From a virus, in the IMG/VR virus record IMGVR_UViG_3300023184_003179, positions 24,587 through 88,586 of that record: a stretch of 64,000 nt of DNA; one strand, 5' to 3'. Shown piece by piece: positions 59,242 through 64,000 of the stretch (within the stretch, counting starts at the first letter, position 1; the number at the start of each line of letters is the position of its first letter). Both the position numbers and the translations under genes were made by a program. The notes below the pieces were generated by a model that saw only the letters and a program-made list of their open reading frames with translations, searched no databases and was not told the origin of the DNA.

Positions 59242-59976
59242 TTAAGAAACTGATATATATATACCTTTTAGTATAACAGCACCTTCATTATCTGATCTGA
59301 TTTGTGGTATACCTCCAAAAACCTTAATAGCCCTATCTTCTATAAAGATAGTTTGATAAAAAGAAAGGTCGTATAAGTATTGATATTTTAGGTTTCCAAG
59401 ATACCCAGTAACTGAGTTTTCATCATCTACAGAGAATGTTCTAATCCATAATTCTGTATTATTATTATATGTCTCTATCTCTAGATCATATCTAACATTA
59501 ACTATTGCACCAGGTTGTAATGTTTTAAAATTAATTCTTTTTGCAACTTGATTTAATAATGATACAGATTTATTTGGAAGATATTTCTCAATACTTTGTT
59601 CTTGATCTACATCTAAAAATATTGATACCCACCCATCGTCTCCTCTTTCTGGACCAATTTTTGTTTTATTTTGATTTGCGTTTTTATAATATGCCCATCC
59701 TTGATATTGACCAGAAGCACTTTCATATGATTGCCCACAACCCTTACCTGGATCTCCTTTAGGACCTTGTGGACCTACTTTGCCATCTTTTCCATCTTTA
59801 CCTGGTATTCCTCTTTCACCTTGTGGTCCTTGTAAACCTTGTGGTCCTTGTGGACCTATATCCCCTTTTTCTCCTTGGATTCCTGGAACAGCAATATACT
59901 CAATTAATTTTTCTTCTTGAACGGTTTCTGAATATTTTTTCTTTTTAGGAAAGTCCATGCTTTTAGTCATGACCAT
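59242..59976 (-). CDS. Collagen-like (G-X-Y) protein
   Basis: About 16 consecutive G-X-Y triplets followed by a globular domain. Confidence 0.8.
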   Translation of the reverse strand: MVMTKSMDFPKKKKYSETVQEEKLIEYIAVPGIQGEKGDIGPQGPQGLQGPQGERGIPGKDGKDGKVGPQGPKGDPGKGCGQSYESASGQYQGWAYYKNANQNKTKIGPERGDDGWVSIFLDVDQEQSIEKYLPNKSVSLLNQVAKRINFKTLQPGAIVNVRYDLEIETYNNNTELWIRTFSVDDENSVTGYLGNLKYQYLYDLSFYQTIFIEDRAIKVFGGIPQIRSDNEGAVILKGIYISVS

Positions 59977-59983
59977 TCCTAAA

Positions 59984-60073
59984 CTACTTTATTTTTGTCT
60001 TAAATATTTTTTTACCAATTTTAATAACTGGCGGTATGAGCGGTGTTGGTGTTGAAACCTTAATTACTGTCAT
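59984..60073 (-). CDS. Small basic protein (29 aa)
   Basis: MTVIKVSTPTPLIPPVIKIGKKIFKTKIK; TAATG-coupled to the upstream gene and fills the gap. Confidence 0.5.
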   Translation of the reverse strand: MTVIKVSTPTPLIPPVIKIGKKIFKTKIK

Positions 60074-60471
60074 TATAGTCCTGGTGTTATGTCACTAAGG
60101 ACGCAGATAGTTCCAAGCACTGGAGTCCAGACCATATCTGCATCTGCTCCACTTCCACCCTCTATAGTTACCTGTAGGTCAAATTTTAACTCTGCAGCAA
60201 CTTGTTTATAGGCTGTACCCCAGTTTGAAGTAACTGATGCTGGCGCTGTGATTGTTGCTGTATGTCCGCTTACCTCTACCGCTAGGTCGTCTAGAAGATC
60301 TCCAACTGGATCATACGCTGTTGCTGTATATGTCCAGTCACTTGTATCAAAACCTGTAACTTCATCATCTTCTAGAAATTCTACAAGAAGTGTTGCTGTG
60401 TCTCCACGGACTACTGTCCATTGAATATTGGCTGGTGTAGCACCAAATTTTTCTATTATAGGAGCGCACAT
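60073..60471 (-). CDS. BppU-like adaptor protein (RGDT paralog 3)
   Basis: WTVVRGDT...FDLQV...VWTPVLGTI...SDIT; TGGTATAAT at 60480-60488. Confidence 0.65.
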   Translation of the reverse strand: MCAPIIEKFGATPANIQWTVVRGDTATLLVEFLEDDEVTGFDTSDWTYTATAYDPVGDLLDDLAVEVSGHTATITAPASVTSNWGTAYKQVAAELKFDLQVTIEGGSGADADMVWTPVLGTICVLSDITPGL

Positions 60472-60490
60472 AATAATTGATTATACCATT

Positions 60491-60547
60491 AAATAAAAGG
60501 CTGAACACCTAGACGCAGTGGGGTGGGGGTAGAATCTAGGTGCCAGC
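60491..60547 (-). ncRNA. Candidate ~57-nt hairpin sRNA with C-rich loop
   Basis: TGTTATAAT at 60554-60562, then GCTGGCACCTAGA / 21-nt loop TTCTACCCCCACCCCACTGCG / TCTAGGTGTTCAGC, then CTTTTATTT. Confidence 0.55.
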
Positions 60548-60803
60548 ATAAAAATTATAACATTATATTATAAATAGTATAAATAGGTATAAAAAGGACA
60601 TTTAGTATATTACGACCAGTGTATAAAAGTTTACCTAATTGTTACAATCCGATATGTCCGTTTTGTATTGTTTTATTACAAATGTCCAGGGTAGCGATAG
60701 TGTATACTTAAAATATATAAAGAAAAGAATAACTAGCAAGTTAATTTTAAATATTATCTTAATATATAGTATATAGTGTATAATTTAAATTGGGGTGATA
60801 TAA

Positions 60804-61535
60804 ATGTTTAAAAATGTAGATAAAAATATTGTCTTTTATCCAGTAAACGATACTGTCCCAAAATTTATTGATCCACCATACCCTTCATCAAAACATAATA
60901 TTCCACAGTGGTACAAAGATATTCCTAAGTATACAAATGGAGATAAAAGTTTTAAATTTTTAAATGGTCATAACTTAACAGTAAAATCATGTTTGCCAGT
61001 AGTTGATTCTTTAACTGCTGGTTATACTTTTGTTTTACATTGTGACGTTCAAGTTCATAGAGATGATCTTGGAAATGCTTTTTTTACATGGGCTTTAAAT
61101 CATCAAGGAATACCAGACATTGTTATAAAAAGAACAAAAGAAGAAAATTGTGCTTGGGATAATATAGAAGGATATGATAGTCTTGATTTTAATTGGTTTC
61201 CGTCTTGGAATATAAAAACTCCAAAAGGATATAGTTCAATTCTTGCTCATCCAATTAATCGCATTGATCTTCCATTTTATACTCTAGGAGGCATATTAGA
61301 TACAGATCGCTGGGGAGAGGCTGGAAATCATCCATTTTTATTAAAAAAAGGCTGGGAAGGAATTATTCCAAAAAATACACCAATAGTTCAAATAATTCCT
61401 TTTAAAAGAGATAGTTGGAAAAGTATAGTAGATCCAACAATGTTTAATGAAAATAGTAAAAATATGGTAATGCGTGATTCATACTTAAAAGATTATTATA
61501 AAAAATATATTTGGAGTAGTAAAAATTATAAATAA
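60804..61535 (+). CDS. dUTPase-fold-like (DUF6065-like) protein, paralog 3
   Basis: IPQWYK, VKSCLPVVD..GY, IKTPKGYS, GILDTDRW, NTPIVQIIPFKRDSW; TATAAT at 60779-60784 and SD GGGGTG. Confidence 0.75.
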   Translation: MFKNVDKNIVFYPVNDTVPKFIDPPYPSSKHNIPQWYKDIPKYTNGDKSFKFLNGHNLTVKSCLPVVDSLTAGYTFVLHCDVQVHRDDLGNAFFTWALNHQGIPDIVIKRTKEENCAWDNIEGYDSLDFNWFPSWNIKTPKGYSSILAHPINRIDLPFYTLGGILDTDRWGEAGNHPFLLKKGWEGIIPKNTPIVQIIPFKRDSWKSIVDPTMFNENSKNMVMRDSYLKDYYKKYIWSSKNYK

Positions 61536-61562
61536 CTATTTGTTTTATAGAATTGGACTAAA

Positions 61563-63155
61563 ATGATAAATATAAATAAAATTGTAATAGTTGGTGCAGG
61601 ATCTGCTGGCTGGATGTCTGCTGCAACAATGGTAAAAGCATTCCCAGACAAAGAAATTGTTGTTATTGAATCTCCAGATTATCCAATTGTAGGTGTTGGA
61701 GAATCAACACTAGGTGCAATTACTGGATGGGCTGATTGGATTGGCATTGATGAAAAAGACTTTATGCCAGAAACAGATGCCGTATATAAAATGTCTATTA
61801 AGTTTACAGATTTTTATAAAAAAGATTCTGGATCATTTCATTATCCGTTTGGAAATGTATTTTTAAATGGCACGGTAAATGGCTTAAATGATTGGTATGT
61901 TAAAAAAGCAAAATTTCCAGATCTAGATGTCGCAGACTATGCTCGTACATTTTTTCCTGCATTAACTTTGGCAGAAAATAATAAACTTTCTTGGAATAAA
62001 AATGGAAAACTTGGCAACTTTAATTTTAAAAGAGATGTTGCATATCATTTTGATGCTACTAAATTTGGTTTGTGGTTAAAAAATAATTATTGTATTCCTC
62101 GTGGAGTAACAGTTATTTCAAAAACAGTTGAATCAATAAAAGTTAATAACAATGGTATTGAGTCTCTTGTTTTAAACGATGGATTACAACTTAGTGCAGA
62201 TTTATTTATTGATTGTACAGGTTTTAAGTCTATGCTTCTTGAAGGCGCTTTAAAAGAGCCATGGAAAGACTTTTCAGACATTCTTCCAAATAATAGCGCT
62301 TGGGCTACAAGGATTCCTTATATAGATAAAGAAATAGAAATGGAACCCTACACTAACTGCACTGCCATTAACAATGGATGGGTTTGGAATATTCCATCTT
62401 GGGAAAGAATTGGAACTGGATATGTATTTAGTGATAAATATGTAACTCCAGAAGAAGCGCTAAAAGAATTTAAAGAACATCTTTTGTCAGATAAAATGAC
62501 AATTTGTGACACAGATCGTGATGTAGAATCTTTTGAGTATAAATTAATTAAATTTAGAACTGGAATACACGAACGCACTTTTGTAAAAAATGTTGTTGCT
62601 ATTGGATTTGCAGCGGGATTTATTGAACCCCTTGAATCTAATGGGCTTTTTACTGTACATGAATTTTTAGATAAATTAGTAAAAACATTAAGTCGCAATA
62701 CAATAACACAATGGGATCGTGATGCCTACAATGTAAGCACTCATCTTCAGTATCTAACATTTTTAGAATTTGTTGCTCAGCATTATGCACTTTCAAATAG
62801 GGAAGATACAAAATATTGGCAAGACATTAGTAATAAAGTTTTTAACGAAGATTTTATAAAACTAGACACACCAAAGGTTTTTGGTTTCCATGATCTTTCT
62901 GATATACAACTTAATCGTCAAAGACATGAGGCACTTGGTGGCATACACTGCATTGCAACAGGACTTAACTATTTTCCAGTAAACAAAGATACAGTACAGC
63001 GCTGGGAACACCATCACGGAATTGATTACTATGAGCGTTGTCAAAAAACATGGGACACATGGAAAATATTTAGAAAGATTTGGCAAGAAGAATCAGATAA
63101 ATCTCCAACAATGTACCAGTGGCTAAAAGAAAACTATTATAGTGATAACCCATAG
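61563..63155 (+). CDS. Flavin-dependent halogenase (tryptophan halogenase family)
   Basis: GAGSAGW FAD motif, VGEST, catalytic Lys in AVYKMSIKF, DLFIDCTGF, WVWNIP, GFIEPLESNG. Confidence 0.92.
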   Translation: MININKIVIVGAGSAGWMSAATMVKAFPDKEIVVIESPDYPIVGVGESTLGAITGWADWIGIDEKDFMPETDAVYKMSIKFTDFYKKDSGSFHYPFGNVFLNGTVNGLNDWYVKKAKFPDLDVADYARTFFPALTLAENNKLSWNKNGKLGNFNFKRDVAYHFDATKFGLWLKNNYCIPRGVTVISKTVESIKVNNNGIESLVLNDGLQLSADLFIDCTGFKSMLLEGALKEPWKDFSDILPNNSAWATRIPYIDKEIEMEPYTNCTAINNGWVWNIPSWERIGTGYVFSDKYVTPEEALKEFKEHLLSDKMTICDTDRDVESFEYKLIKFRTGIHERTFVKNVVAIGFAAGFIEPLESNGLFTVHEFLDKLVKTLSRNTITQWDRDAYNVSTHLQYLTFLEFVAQHYALSNREDTKYWQDISNKVFNEDFIKLDTPKVFGFHDLSDIQLNRQRHEALGGIHCIATGLNYFPVNKDTVQRWEHHHGIDYYERCQKTWDTWKIFRKIWQEESDKSPTMYQWLKENYYSDNP

Positions 63156-63429
63156 AGATATTTGGAAAATAACCAAAAGGCTATTTGAAAAAAAATATTG
63201 GACAAAGACAAATACTATAGAATTTTGTGCATTTTCAACAAAACTAATGATTATTTTCCCAGGTCTGATATTTGGTATACAGTTCTGGTGGTTTTATTTA
63301 TTTGCATTGGCTTCAAGTCTTGCTTTAATTTTTACATCAACAGTAAAAACACTTCCAACTATTATTTACTTTAATATTGGATGGTGTATTTTAGCAACAG
63401 TAGCAATATCAAAACATTTTATTATTTAG
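63142..63429 (+). CDS. Small integral membrane protein
   Basis: About three hydrophobic segments; overlaps the halogenase stop. Confidence 0.6.
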   Translation: MITHRDIWKITKRLFEKKYWTKTNTIEFCAFSTKLMIIFPGLIFGIQFWWFYLFALASSLALIFTSTVKTLPTIIYFNIGWCILATVAISKHFII

Positions 63430-63706
63430 AACGAGCAACGTAATCTAACAATACTTCATACATATGATCTAGTTTATCGCTAGTTGCTTTGCGAAGTTGT
63501 TTTGCGTCTTCTTGTTCTTTTTTAATCGCTCTAATTTCGTCACGCATTGAGGTTCCGCCGTTTGTTTTAGTTTCGGATCTAATGTCCTCTACGGCTTCGC
63601 GGATAGGTTTAATTTGAACTTTCACATACCACCGAATTCCACTAAGTACAATCGCTCCAATTGAGAGTAAAGTTAAAACAAAACCAGCCCATTCGGATGC
63701 AGTCAT
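63422..63706 (-). CDS. Single-TM coiled-coil protein (possible holin)
   Basis: N-terminal TM, then NGGTSMRD; TGATATAAT at 63716-63724. Confidence 0.6.
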   Translation of the reverse strand: MTASEWAGFVLTLLSIGAIVLSGIRWYVKVQIKPIREAVEDIRSETKTNGGTSMRDEIRAIKKEQEDAKQLRKATSDKLDHMYEVLLDYVARSK

Positions 63707-63846
63707 AATAAGATTATTATATCATTGTATGAGATTAAATTTTTGCGGGAATTAGTAAAGCCGAAAATAGAGATACCAAACCAACATATGACATAATACT
63801 AATGCTACGCATTTAAATAATGTCTAACTGGATGTAATATCTATGT

Positions 63847-63875
63847 TTGCTTACATTCCCGATATGGGTTATAAT
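63847..63875 (+). promoter_or_regulatory. Promoter TTGCTT-17-TATAAT
   Basis: 5 nt before GTG 63881. Confidence 0.5.
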
Positions 63876-63880
63876 GGAGT

Positions 63881-64000
63881 GTGCTAGAAGCAATTAAACA
63901 AACCCTTACATCTGGTTTGATAGAAAAATTAAAGATACATCATAGTGTCTATAGACTTCCATGCACAAGTGAATTTCTAGAAGAATTAATTTCTAACACC
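63881..64000 (+). CDS. Hypothetical protein, 5' fragment
   Basis: MLEAIKQTLTSGLIEKLKIHHSVYRLPCTSEFLEELISNT, open to the window end. Confidence 0.5.
   Translation, partial: MLEAIKQTLTSGLIEKLKIHHSVYRLPCTSEFLEELISNT

Noticed and set aside
60518-60530. G-quadruplex at GTGGGGTGGGGGT
   Set aside because: Only two G-tracts.
60481-60549. 22-aa ORF MLAPRFYPHPTASRCSAFYLMV over the hairpin
   Set aside because: The ATG is only 4 nt after the -10 box, probably upstream of +1; the RNA structure explains the sequence better, though a leader peptide is not excluded.
63725-63846. tRNA, ncRNA or packaging site in the last intergenic gap
   Set aside because: No cloverleaf, T-loop, stable stem or repeat that I can support.
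1-64000. Stop-codon reassignment
   Set aside because: Core genes are full length in code 11, and TAA, TAG and TGA all end genes.

Overview
The whole window is part of the genome of an AT-rich (roughly one-third GC by eye) long-tailed dsDNA phage using the standard genetic code. Almost everything from 1 to 60.5 kb is on the minus strand. In transcription order it carries: small virion adaptor and fibre genes (47-60 kb); class II ribonucleotide reductase nrdJ; a large LamG-like virion protein; portal, protease/scaffold, major capsid, head-tail and tail genes with a 2045-aa tape measure; a replication/recombination block (DnaB, DnaG, SSB, DnaE, RecA, Cas4-like nuclease, Hjc-like and RuvC-like resolvases); terminase; and two secreted surface-type proteins. 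The plus strand carries a secreted lysozyme-like gene and a dUTPase-like / flavin-dependent halogenase / membrane-protein operon. Gene content and order recall large actinobacterial siphoviruses (Streptomyces BE/BK type) and low-GC freshwater actinophages; this host assignment is inference. I saw no tRNA, CRISPR array, integrase, intein or reverse transcriptase. Best leads: (1) the tail chaperone G/G-T pair is encoded by two duplicated genes with separate expression signals instead of by a frameshift; (2) two phage-encoded S-layer/adhesin-like secreted proteins; (3) a ~57-nt promoter-hairpin-U-tail RNA with a C-rich loop; (4) three dUTPase-like paralogs, two of them beside modifying enzymes; (5) many virion proteins end in Ser, suggesting virion glycosylation; (6) three 3' hairpins share an identical ATTAATTT loop; (7) apparent avoidance of AGCT, TCGA and CCGG. 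Family names come from motif recognition by eye, not from database searches.
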